From: Christensenellales bacterium | GTDB lineage: Bacteria > Bacillota > Clostridia > Christensenellales > UBA1242 | Assembly: GCA_051883495.1 (NCBI GenBank) | Contig: JBJETV010000006.1 | Span: 2,160-66,159, forward strand | Direction of reading: 5' to 3' | Length of the DNA stretch: 64,000 bases | Shown: piece by piece, positions 44,289-53,800 of the stretch | Layout of the letters: each line of letters starts with the position of its first letter | Numbering within the stretch: position 1 is the first letter of the stretch | Program-made: the position numbers and the translations under genes | Notes under the pieces: model-generated | The model's input: the letters and a program-made list of their open reading frames with translations, nothing else | What the model was told of the DNA's origin: nothing | The model's database searches: none

Positions 44289-45592
44289 TGTTTAAGAACC
44301 TTAAAGAAGCACTTAAAATTAAAGATGTGAGAAGAAAAATCATATTTACTTTACTTTTGTTGCTTGTTTATAGGATTGGTTGCTGGTTGCCAACTCCGGG
44401 CATTAAGCTTGACACATTCAAATCAGCAATAACTTCCGGCGGTGATTTCTTGAATATCATCAGTGCCGTGAGTGGTGGCGCACTTGCCAGTGGGGCAGTG
44501 CTCGCTTTGGGTGTTGTGCCTTATATCAATGCTTCCATTATTATCCAACTTTTGACAGTTGCAATTCCATCTTTGGAAAGACTTTCAAAACAAGGTGAAG
44601 ACGGAAGAAAGAAAATATCGGCATACACCAGAATTTGTGCTTTAGTTTTGGCTATTATTCAGAGTGTTGGCATAGTCGTTAGTTTTGGTGCAAGCAGTTT
44701 GGACAGTGCAGTCTTCTTTGGCTCTACATGGGCAACAGGAGCACTTGTCGTTTGCATTTTGACTGCAGGTTCTATGTTTACAGTTTGGATTGGAGAAAAA
44801 ATTACTGCACTTGGGGTAGGAAATGGGTTATCTCTTTTGATTTTCGTTGGTTTGCTTTCCTCCGCTGGACAAGCAATCTTCAACAACATCGCAGGAATAT
44901 CTAGTTCCAACCTTGAAAACATTTGGACTTTGCTTATATTCTTTGCTCTACTTGTTGTTATCTTTGCATTTATTGTTTGGATTGACAGTGCAGAAAGAAA
45001 AATCCCAGTCCAGTATGCAAAGCAAATGAAAGGCAGAAAAATGTACGGCGGTCAAAACACCAACATTCCTATCAAGATAAACGCCTCAGGCGTTATGCCA
45101 ATCATTTTTGCAACAGCACTTATTAGTTTTCCACAACTTATCATGAGCATCTTCTGGTATAGCACCGAAGAAGGCAGTGCATATATGTGGTATGCAAAAA
45201 ATATGGGTGCTGGCACATGGCCATATACATTGTTGGTTGCAGTGCTTATCTTGTTGTTCTCTTATTTCTATTCGCAAATCAGTTTTAATCCAGAGGATGT
45301 TTCAAGACAAATCCAACAAAATGGTGGCTTTATTCCGGGTTATAGACCAGGAAAAACAACTGCAGATTACCTCAAAAAAGTGTCCAACAGACTTACTCTT
45401 TGGGGTGCAATATTCTTGGGTATCATCGCCCTTGTTCCAAGTTTTATATTCACATTTATTGGTTCGTCAGGCTCACTGGTAAACGCATTCAGCGCAACAG
45501 GATTGTTGATTGTCGTTTCGGTTGCTCTAGAACTAGACAAACAACTCGAAGCCCAATTGCTTATGAGAAATTACAAAGGCTTCTTGAAATAA
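44288..45592 (+). CDS. secY: Preprotein translocase subunit SecY
   Basis: 434 aa with 10 TM helices; ALGVVPYINASIIIQLL. Confidence 0.97.
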   Translation: MFKNLKEALKIKDVRRKIIFTLLLLLVYRIGCWLPTPGIKLDTFKSAITSGGDFLNIISAVSGGALASGAVLALGVVPYINASIIIQLLTVAIPSLERLSKQGEDGRKKISAYTRICALVLAIIQSVGIVVSFGASSLDSAVFFGSTWATGALVVCILTAGSMFTVWIGEKITALGVGNGLSLLIFVGLLSSAGQAIFNNIAGISSSNLENIWTLLIFFALLVVIFAFIVWIDSAERKIPVQYAKQMKGRKMYGGQNTNIPIKINASGVMPIIFATALISFPQLIMSIFWYSTEEGSAYMWYAKNMGAGTWPYTLLVAVLILLFSYFYSQISFNPEDVSRQIQQNGGFIPGYRPGKTTADYLKKVSNRLTLWGAIFLGIIALVPSFIFTFIGSSGSLVNAFSATGLLIVVSVALELDKQLEAQLLMRNYKGFLK

Positions 45593-45626
45593 GATAAATT
45601 TTCAATTTGATTGGAAAGAGGTGAAA

Positions 45627-46265
45627 ATGAAAATCGTGCTACTTGGCCCTCCTGGAAGTGGGAAGGGAACTCAGGCAGAACTTATTTGCAACAAATATAA
45701 CATTCCTCACATCTCCACTGGTGATATTTTTAGACAAAATATAAGAGAAAAAACTCCACTGGGTGTGAGCATTGAGGAATGTATTGCAAAGGGCGAATTG
45801 GTCCCAGATAGTATAACAAACCTTGTGGTTAAGGATAGACTTTCAAAGGAAGATTGCCAAAAAGGATTTGTTTTGGATGGTTTTCCTAGAAGTTTAGAAC
45901 AAAGTAAGTTTTTGGACTCAATAACCAACATTGACAAGGCTATTATGATTGACCTTGAAGATGACGAGATTGTAAAAAGACTTTCCACAAGAAGAATGTG
46001 TAGGAAATGTGGAAATCCTACAAATGTGGACTGGTTGGTTGATGGCAAATGTGAGAAGTGTGGTGGAGAAGTTTTCATCAGACAAGACGATATGCCAGAA
46101 ACAATAAAAACCAGACTCGCAAAGCAAAAACTTCCACAAGATGTTATAGATTTCTATCAAAGCAAGAACATTTTTGAAAGAGTGAGTTCACTCGGCGGAA
46201 AAGAAAAAACTTTTGATTTGGTGGACAAAATTCTTGCTAGTTTGAAAAGACAGGCAAAAAAATGA
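45627..46265 (+). CDS. adk: Adenylate kinase (Cys4 zinc-lid form)
   Basis: MKIVLLGPPGSGKGTQA and lid CRKCG...CEKCGG. Confidence 0.96.
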   Translation: MKIVLLGPPGSGKGTQAELICNKYNIPHISTGDIFRQNIREKTPLGVSIEECIAKGELVPDSITNLVVKDRLSKEDCQKGFVLDGFPRSLEQSKFLDSITNIDKAIMIDLEDDEIVKRLSTRRMCRKCGNPTNVDWLVDGKCEKCGGEVFIRQDDMPETIKTRLAKQKLPQDVIDFYQSKNIFERVSSLGGKEKTFDLVDKILASLKRQAKK

Positions 46266-46996
46266 TAAAAATTAAGACTGACAAAGAAATTGAACTGATG
46301 CGTAAGGCTGGGGAGATTACAAAAAATACTCTTCTAGAAATAGAAAAGCATATAAAACCTGGTGTTACCACAAAGTTCCTTGACAAAATCGCATATGATT
46401 TTATCAAAAAAAATAATGCAACTCCTTCATTTTTGCACTATGGCGGATTTCCTGCGACTATATGTGCATCTAAAAATGACGTTGTTGTGCATGGATTTCC
46501 TGATGATATTCCTTTGGAAGAGGGCGATATAATATCAATTGATGTTGGCGCTTGCTACAAAGGATATCATGGAGACAGTGCTAGGACTTTCCCAGTGGGG
46601 AAGATAAGTGCTGAAAAGCAAAAACTCATTGATGTTACAAAACAAAGTTTTTTTGAAGGCATCAAAGGGATAAAAGCAGGAAACACAGTGGGCGACATTT
46701 CGTCACAAGTCCAAAATTATGTTGAAAAATATGGATTTGGAGTTGTGAGAGAGATGGTTGGTCATGGTGTAGGGCGAAACCTTCACGAAGACCCAAGTGT
46801 TCCAAATTATGGCTATGCTGGGCTAGGGCCAAAACTCAAGAAAAATATGGTCATTGCCATAGAACCCATGGTCAATATGGGGACATATGAGGTTGATATC
46901 CATGGCTGGTCATGCAAGACCAGTGACGGATTGCCTTCTGCTCATTACGAAAACACCGTCCTTATAACAGACACTGGAGTTGAAATTTTGACTTAA
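46262..46996 (+). CDS. map: Type I methionine aminopeptidase
   Basis: VVHGFP...DIISIDVGACYKGYHGDSARTF...GHGVGRNLHE...IEPM. Confidence 0.96.
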   Translation: MIKIKTDKEIELMRKAGEITKNTLLEIEKHIKPGVTTKFLDKIAYDFIKKNNATPSFLHYGGFPATICASKNDVVVHGFPDDIPLEEGDIISIDVGACYKGYHGDSARTFPVGKISAEKQKLIDVTKQSFFEGIKGIKAGNTVGDISSQVQNYVEKYGFGVVREMVGHGVGRNLHEDPSVPNYGYAGLGPKLKKNMVIAIEPMVNMGTYEVDIHGWSCKTSDGLPSAHYENTVLITDTGVEILT

Positions 46997-47009
46997 GAAG
47001 GAGAATATT

Positions 47010-47261
47010 GTGCTTAATGTTGGCAGTGTCGTTGTGTCAAAAATGGGACATGACGCAGGAAAAGTGTATGTGATTGTAGACATCTGTGGCGATTTTGCCC
47101 TTGTTGCAGATGGAAAAACAAGAAAGATAACTAACCCAAAGAAAAAAAGATTAAAACATCTCAAAGACACATTTGTTTGTTACGATGGGCAGAAAGATAA
47201 ATTTAAGGACTTTGAAATAGCAACTTTTTTGAAAAACACGTCAATTTGCACAAAAATTTAA
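47010..47261 (+). CDS. KOW-domain RNA-binding protein (the small protein commonly found between map and infA in Clostridia)
   Basis: GTG start 6 nt after AAGAAGGAG; VGSVVVSKMGHDAGKVYVIV...KKKRLKHL. Confidence 0.75.
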   Translation: MLNVGSVVVSKMGHDAGKVYVIVDICGDFALVADGKTRKITNPKKKRLKHLKDTFVCYDGQKDKFKDFEIATFLKNTSICTKI

Positions 47262-47288
47262 CTTTTCTATTGCAAAAAAGGAGAAATT

Positions 47289-47513
47289 ATGCCAAAATCA
47301 GATTGTTTGGAAACGGAAGGAATTGTCACAGAAGTGTTGCCAAATGCAACATTTAAGGTAAAACTTCAGAATGGGCATATTATCACTTGCTACATTTCCG
47401 GAAAATTGAGAATGAATTTTATTAAAATTCTCGAAGGAGATGCTGTTAAGGTGGAAATGAGCCCTTATGACTTGACAAAGGGCAGAATCACTTGGAGAAG
47501 CAAGTCAAACTAA
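47289..47513 (+). CDS. infA: Translation initiation factor IF-1
   Basis: [21 protein letters not shown]...[13 protein letters not shown]. Confidence 0.97.
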   Translation: MPKSDCLETEGIVTEVLPNATFKVKLQNGHIITCYISGKLRMNFIKILEGDAVKVEMSPYDLTKGRITWRSKSN

Positions 47514-47535
47514 TACATTTAATAAGGAGAAAGAA

Positions 47536-47649
47536 ATGAAAGTTAGACCATCAGTAAAACCTATTTGCGACAAATGCAAGGTTATCAAAAGAGAAGGGAA
47601 AGTTATGGTTATTTGCCCAAATAAAAAACATAAACAAACTCAAGGTTAA
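47536..47649 (+). CDS. rpmJ: 50S ribosomal protein bL36 (not in the ORF track, 37 aa)
   Basis: [37 protein letters not shown]; SD AAGGAGA at 47524-47530. Confidence 0.96.
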   Translation: MKVRPSVKPICDKCKVIKREGKVMVICPNKKHKQTQG

Positions 47650-47689
47650 GCAAACAACATTGTCACAGGCGGCTGTTTGGCATTTTTTT
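47650..47689 (+). terminator. Terminator/attenuator-like hairpin plus T7 between rpmJ and rpsM
   Basis: GCAAACA...TGTTTGGC stem followed by ATTTTTTT. An alternative pairing GTCACAG (47662-47668) / CTGTGAC (47698-47704) also exists. Confidence 0.45.
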
Positions 47690-47753
47690 GTGTCAAATCT
47701 GTGACTTGTGGAAATAAATAATCGGATTAAATTTATTTTATGGAGGAATAAAA

Positions 47754-48128
47754 ATGGCTCGTATTGCTGGTGTTGATTTACCAAACGAGAAGAGACTTGA
47801 AATTGGTTTGACCTATATCAAAGGCATCGGACTTAAAACAAGTCAAAAAATTTTGAATGAAACAAAGATAAGCCCTGACATTCGTGTCAAAGACCTAAGC
47901 GAGGAACAAGTTGCTCAACTTAGAAACTATATCGAAAAGCACCTTACTGTGGAAGGCGACCTTACAAGAGAAGTGTCACTTAATATTAAGGCTCTTTCCG
48001 AAATTGGTTGCTACAGAGGCATTAGACATCGTAAAGGTTTGCCTGTTAGGGGACAAAGCACAAAACAAAATGCAAGAACAAGAAAAGGTCCAAAGAAGAC
48101 CGTTGCAAAGAAAAAAGGCACTAAATAA
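47754..48128 (+). CDS. rpsM: 30S ribosomal protein uS13
   Basis: [26 protein letters not shown]. Confidence 0.97.
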   Translation: MARIAGVDLPNEKRLEIGLTYIKGIGLKTSQKILNETKISPDIRVKDLSEEQVAQLRNYIEKHLTVEGDLTREVSLNIKALSEIGCYRGIRHRKGLPVRGQSTKQNARTRKGPKKTVAKKKGTK

Positions 48129-48146
48129 GCAAGGAGGTAATGGATA

Positions 48147-48539
48147 ATGGCAGAGAAAAAGAAAGTTGTTAGAAAGAAAAAACAAACAAAGAATATCGAC
48201 AAAGGCGCAGTTCATATTCAAGCATCGTTCAACAACACGCTTGTAACATTTACTGACCTTGCTGGCAATACTTTGGCATGGTCAAGTGCTGGTTCACTTG
48301 GTTTCAAAGGTGCAAGAAAAAGCACTCCTTTTGCAGCACAGCAAGCTGTAGAAACAGCAGCAAAACTTGCAAAGGAACAAGGATTGAAGTCGGTTGAAGT
48401 TTATGTAAAAGGACCAGGCAATGGCAGAGAGGCTGCAATTAGAGCCCTTGGCACAGCGGAATTGAACGTTACAAAGATTAGTGATGTTTCTCCAATTCCA
48501 CACAATGGTTGCCGTCCTCCTAAGAAGAGAAGGATTTAA
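48147..48539 (+). CDS. rpsK: 30S ribosomal protein uS11
   Basis: [22 protein letters not shown]...GCRPPKKRR. Confidence 0.97.
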   Translation: MAEKKKVVRKKKQTKNIDKGAVHIQASFNNTLVTFTDLAGNTLAWSSAGSLGFKGARKSTPFAAQQAVETAAKLAKEQGLKSVEVYVKGPGNGREAAIRALGTAELNVTKISDVSPIPHNGCRPPKKRRI

Positions 48540-48553
48540 GAGGAGATAGAGAA

Positions 48554-49174
48554 ATGGCAAAATACACAGACGCAGATTGCAGACTTTGCAGAAGAGAAGG
48601 TTGCAAACTCTTTTTGAAGGGTGACAGATGCATCTCTCCAAAGTGCGCAATGGAAAAAAGACCTGTTGTTCCTGGACAACATGGCATGGGAAGAAAAAAA
48701 GTTACAGACTACGGTATGCAACTTAGAGAAAAACAAAAAGTTAAAAGAGCTTATGGCTTGCTTGAAAAGCAATTTAGAGAATATTATGAAAAAGCAACCA
48801 GAATGAAAGGTGTTGTTGGTGAAAATATGCTCAGCTTGCTTGAAAGAAGGCTGGACAATGTTATATACAGAATGGGCATTGGCGACAGCAGAAGTGAAAG
48901 CCGTCAAATAGTTAGCCATGGACACATTTGCGTAAATGGCAATGTGGTGGATATTCCTTCATACTGTGTTAAGGAAGGAGATGAAATCTCTGTTAAGGAA
49001 AGCAAGAAAGATTTGCCAAAATTCCAACAACTCAAAGGCATCAAGATTGTTATGCCAAAATGGTTGGAATTTAATACAGATACAATGGTGGGCAAGGTCA
49101 TTGCTCTTCCAAAGAGAGATGATATTGATTTGAACATTCAAGAACATATGATTATTGAGTTGTATTCAAGGTAA
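48554..49174 (+). CDS. rpsD: 30S ribosomal protein uS4 (Cys4 form)
   Basis: [23 protein letters not shown]...[10 protein letters not shown]. Confidence 0.97.
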   Translation: MAKYTDADCRLCRREGCKLFLKGDRCISPKCAMEKRPVVPGQHGMGRKKVTDYGMQLREKQKVKRAYGLLEKQFREYYEKATRMKGVVGENMLSLLERRLDNVIYRMGIGDSRSESRQIVSHGHICVNGNVVDIPSYCVKEGDEISVKESKKDLPKFQQLKGIKIVMPKWLEFNTDTMVGKVIALPKRDDIDLNIQEHMIIELYSR

Positions 49175-49188
49175 GGAGGGTTATTCAC

Positions 49189-50142
49189 ATGATGCAAATT
49201 GAAAAACCAAAGGTTGTGATTGAAGAAAAAAATGACGGCAGTTTTGCAAAGTTTGTTATTGAACCACTGGAATGTGGTTATGGCATAACCCTTGGCAACT
49301 GCATGAGGAGAACCCTGCTGGGTGCTATGCCAGGTGCGGCTCCTGTTGCAATCAAAATTGATGGCGTTCAACACGAATTTTCTAGCATGAAGGGTGTTAC
49401 GGAAGATGTAACAGACATCGTTCTTAATATCAAAGAAATGGCTGTTAAGACAAGTGTTCTTGACGAAGACTTTACTACTATTATTAGATTGGATAAAGTT
49501 GGTCCATGCGAAGTTTATGCCAGCGATTTTGAACCAAATGACCAAGTGGAAATCTTGACTCCAGAACTCAAGATTTGCACACTAGATGATGATGCTGAAA
49601 TTCATATGGAGGTTGTTATTGGTCGTGGCAGAGGATATGTTTCTGCTCAAAAGAACAAAAAAGAAGACAGCCCAATAGGAACTATTGCAGTTGACTCTAT
49701 CTTTACCCCAATAAAGTCGGTCAACTACAAGGTGGAAAGTACTCGTGTTGGTCAATCAATAGACTTTGACAAGTTGACACTGGAAGTGCAAACCAATGGA
49801 ACAATGACAGCAAAGGAAGTTGTTTCTTTGGCAGGCAAAATTATGGAAGACCATGTTCATTTGTTTGTAGATATGGTTGAAAATATGGGAGATATGGATA
49901 TCCTTGTTTCTCATGATGATGCAAAACCAGTGAAAGTTATGGAAATGACAATAGAAGATATGGATTTGTCGGTGAGAAGTTATAACTGCTTGAAACGTGC
50001 AAACATCAACACTATTGAAGACCTAACTCGCAAATCAAAGGAAGATATGCTCAAAGTTAGAAATCTTGGACTGAAGAGTTTGGAAGAGGTTATCAGCAAA
50101 CTTGAAAGTATGGGATTGTCACTTAGAAATGACGAAGAATAA
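49189..50142 (+). CDS. rpoA: DNA-directed RNA polymerase subunit alpha
   Basis: FVIEPLECGYGITLGNCMRR and C-terminal domain DLSVRSYNCLKRANINTIEDL. Confidence 0.97.
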   Translation: MMQIEKPKVVIEEKNDGSFAKFVIEPLECGYGITLGNCMRRTLLGAMPGAAPVAIKIDGVQHEFSSMKGVTEDVTDIVLNIKEMAVKTSVLDEDFTTIIRLDKVGPCEVYASDFEPNDQVEILTPELKICTLDDDAEIHMEVVIGRGRGYVSAQKNKKEDSPIGTIAVDSIFTPIKSVNYKVESTRVGQSIDFDKLTLEVQTNGTMTAKEVVSLAGKIMEDHVHLFVDMVENMGDMDILVSHDDAKPVKVMEMTIEDMDLSVRSYNCLKRANINTIEDLTRKSKEDMLKVRNLGLKSLEEVISKLESMGLSLRNDEE

Positions 50143-50171
50143 AAACAACGGATAATTAAAGGAGAAATATA

Positions 50172-50684
50172 ATGGCTACTATTGCAAAACTAAATAGACC
50201 TACCAAGGAAAGAATCAGTTTGCTCAGAAATCAAGCAAGTTCTCTTTTGTGGGATGGAAAAGTTGAAACAACTGTTGCTCGTGCAAAGGCATTGCAGAGT
50301 TATGCAGAAAAAATTTTGACTTTGGCAATCAATTCCTATCAAGACACTGTTAAAGCTGTGAAAACAGAAGTTGATTCTAAGGGTGTTAAGGTCAAAAAAG
50401 AAGTGCTTAATGATGGACCAAAGAAACTTCAAGCAAGACGTGCTATAATGGCAAAACTCTTTGACAGACAAGAACAACGTCAACCAAAAGAGTCCAAAGA
50501 AAATTTTGTTGCAAGAACAAAAGATATCAATCATCCATTGATTGAAAAAATCTTCAATGTTTATGCTCCAAAGTATGCAACACGCAACCAAGAAAATGGT
50601 CAAGCAGGCGGTTATACCAGAGTGCTTAGAACATCAGTTAGGCGTGGCGATGCAGCACAAATGTGCATAGTTGAACTTATTTAA
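50172..50684 (+). CDS. rplQ: 50S ribosomal protein bL17 (long form, 170 aa)
   Basis: LNRPTKERISLLRNQASSLLWDGKVETTVARAK...GGYTRVLR. An internal insertion makes it longer than the ~120-aa forms I know. Confidence 0.93.
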   Translation: MATIAKLNRPTKERISLLRNQASSLLWDGKVETTVARAKALQSYAEKILTLAINSYQDTVKAVKTEVDSKGVKVKKEVLNDGPKKLQARRAIMAKLFDRQEQRQPKESKENFVARTKDINHPLIEKIFNVYAPKYATRNQENGQAGGYTRVLRTSVRRGDAAQMCIVELI

Positions 50685-50687
50685 TAC

Positions 50688-50719
50688 AAAAACCACTCTT
50701 TCTGGGGTGGTTTTTTTTG
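50688..50719 (+). terminator. Rho-independent terminator after rplQ
   Basis: AAAAACCACTC-tttct-GGGGTGGTTTTTTTT. Confidence 0.85.
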
Positions 50720-50893
50720 TTGTCATAAATTGTCTAAATGTTGCTATTCGTTTGACTTTTGTGTAATATAAAAGATATAATTATACTGTATATTTGTGCT
50801 AGTGAATATAATTGATTTTTAACCACAAAATAGATAAGATAAATTGCTATCAAATGCACATATGCACAAAAGTCATTTTGACGGAGAAAAAAT

Positions 50894-53800
50894 ATGCGAA
50901 GAGTTTTTAAGGTTATTTTATTAACATTTTTGTGCACAATAGGAGGGCTTGCTCTGGTTTTGGGCGGAGTCTATCTTTTTGGCGGAATGGACGAAAAACC
51001 TGTCTATGCAACCAACTTGACGTTTAGTGAAACAGAAGTAGTAAAAAGTGGACCTTTTTCTCTTACTGTAAATACAACGACTGAAAATGTGAACAAGAAA
51101 ACACTTGTGCTGGAAACCTCAAAAACTCCAAATGGAGATGCTATCATTAACTATCCAAAATATATAACCATAGGCGAACCATTTCATATTGCACCAATAC
51201 TGATTGACAATGTGCCACAGGGGGGATATTTTGAACTTTATGCAAGATATGAGGGTGAGGCAACCAATCAAAGCGTAATTGCCAAGTGCAAGATATTGAT
51301 TGATGTGCCAATACAGAGCGTTGAACTGAATATTGACCAAGTAACTCTAAAACCAGGCAATTCAATAAATATTTCTAAGGCAAATGAAACAAAAATTAGT
51401 GATATAGTTAGTTTATCTCCAGCCAATGCTATTATGCCTTATAACAATTCCAGTTCGGCAATAAGCGGTATAGAAAATGGAAGTTTGTTTGCAGGAAAAG
51501 ATGTAAAAAATAAAAAAATATTTTTGCAAATTCAATCTTTGGGAGAAACAAATCCTGCAACTTTTAGAGTTGGTGAAGGGGCAAATGCGACCTATTCAAC
51601 CGTTGCAGAACTTACATATAAGTATGTAAATGGAAGTATTGTGGCAACAAACACCATTTCTGTTGTAACAAGTGGCAATGATGAAGTTGGTAATATTGTC
51701 ATATGCGCATATGTTTGCCCTTCGTATGACAACAATCCAGATAACATAGAAGATTTGGATGAGGAAAATGTTGCAACTGTAAAACATGATGTTTCTGTGG
51801 TGGAATATACAATTGACCAAATGAACATATCAAATGACACATCTTCCTTGTATTTGGGAGAAACTACCAAAATTTATCTCAATAATTCTCATGCAGAGGA
51901 AGGTTCATTCAATTTGGGCTTGGATGTTGTTTCTAGTGATGGAAAATCCATTTCGTTAAGCACACTGCCAAAAGAAATGTTAAACAAATATATTTACATC
52001 AATTTTGCAGACAACTCTGTAGGTGGAATTTTGTCTAGAGTAGATGGCACTCAAAATGGTGGGTTATATGGATTAAATTGTTCATCAAACTCTACAGAAA
52101 TGGGGGAATGGTATTTCAACATAACTGTAAATAATTTTCAAAAATATCTTGATTACAATAATAACGGCAACAAAATTAAACTTGTAGTAACATTCTATGA
52201 CAACGGCTTGAATGAATCTCAAGATGTTATTCAAAAAGAGGTTTATCTTATCCCAAAAATAACTGAAGTTGACAAGGTTGAATCTTCACAATACAGCATT
52301 TCTGCAAAGAGTGGCTCAAAATTGAACTTTGACACCAACAATTACTCTATTGTTTTTGTAGATAACAAAACCCCGGTTGGCATTGCAAACAACTTCAAAA
52401 TAGTTCATTATGTAAAATTAAATGAACCTACAAATGGGGAAATAGTGCTAAATGGAGTTACCTTGGAATCGGAATATGAACATATGGTTTTGAATGGCGA
52501 AAGTATCCTAATTCTCAAAACTCCAAATGCACAGGTTACAGGTTCGGGCTCTTTCAAAATATATTCACAGGCTTGTTATGATGACGGACAGAGCAAATAC
52601 TTCTTGGGAAATAGTTGCAATACAGATATAGAAGTGGTGGAGGCAATAGAGTATATAGATTGTTATTCTTACGAAGGTGATAAGGCGGTCAATTTCTCAA
52701 CTTTTGAATTTAACGAAAACGATAAAGACGGAACAAACAGCATTGTGAGATACTTATATGTTACAACCGCAAAGGAGCAACTTCCAAAATTGGCAACATT
52801 TGTAAGCAATAACAAGCTAAAAGTTCAAGTTAAGCAAGTTTCTGGATTGACTAACGAAGACGACTACAACAGTTCTACACTGGGTGGCGGACTTCAAGAC
52901 CAAAACAAAAACACCATAACTTTTGGAAATTGGGAAGAAGTGAGAGATGGTGGAAGTGTAGTTGGGTATAAGATTTCTTACACTATTGGCGAAGTAGTAA
53001 CAATTCAAATTGGTGATAATAAGATACAAAATCTTTTTGATATTAAAGTTTATCTTGATATAGAACCATTGGAAGTTACAACCAACTACAAAATTGCAAC
53101 AGGCAATGTCAGTTCTCTTCAATATCTAGTAAAAGATAAAATTTTGCAAACAACTATACTAAGTCTAGATTCTTACGGGGCAGAGGATAATCCTGTTGTA
53201 TTAAGTGCAAATGTGGACGACAGTGGCAATTTGCAATGGAACGGAGCAAATCTATCAAACCTAACATATGGTTTTGCCTATGAGGGAAATTCTCCTGTAA
53301 GTAGTTCTGGATATAGTTATCGTTTTGCCTTTAACGGTGCAGAATTGCCAAGCAATATTTGTTCCTTTACTGCTCAAGAAAACTTCAAAGGCGGAATAAA
53401 TTTTGCATCAGTTCCATACAGAGAAAGTGGTTATACAGGAAAGTTTACTTTCCTTTGTCAATCACCAAACAGCGACAATTCCATTATGAAGTGGAGTTCA
53501 ACCAATAGGCGTTTTGAAAAAGTTGTTAATCCAAGTTTGCAAGAAAAAACTCTTTATTTCAAATTGATAGGGCTAAATATTATTATTGAAGCCAATTCTA
53601 CAAATATTTCTGGCGTAAACGGAACAAGGTCACATATTTTTAAGCAATCAAACGATGACACAAATTATCTTTTCACACTAAAAAAAGTAGAAGGGACTAC
53701 TAAAACTGATATCCTAACAGCCGATTATACAAAATTCTTGTCAATGGAAACTGTATTTGGCAATCCAGAAGATAATAGTAAAACGATTTATTCTTTACAA

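Noticed and set aside
34757-50684. Many 60-200-aa antisense or off-frame ORFs inside the ribosomal cluster (for example 35121-35714 -, 37103-37483 -, 40156-40635 -, 42802-43356 -, 48536-48925 -, 49138-49545 -).
   Set aside because: They lie entirely within highly conserved r-protein genes, lack SD sequences and have low-complexity translations. They are typical shadow ORFs.
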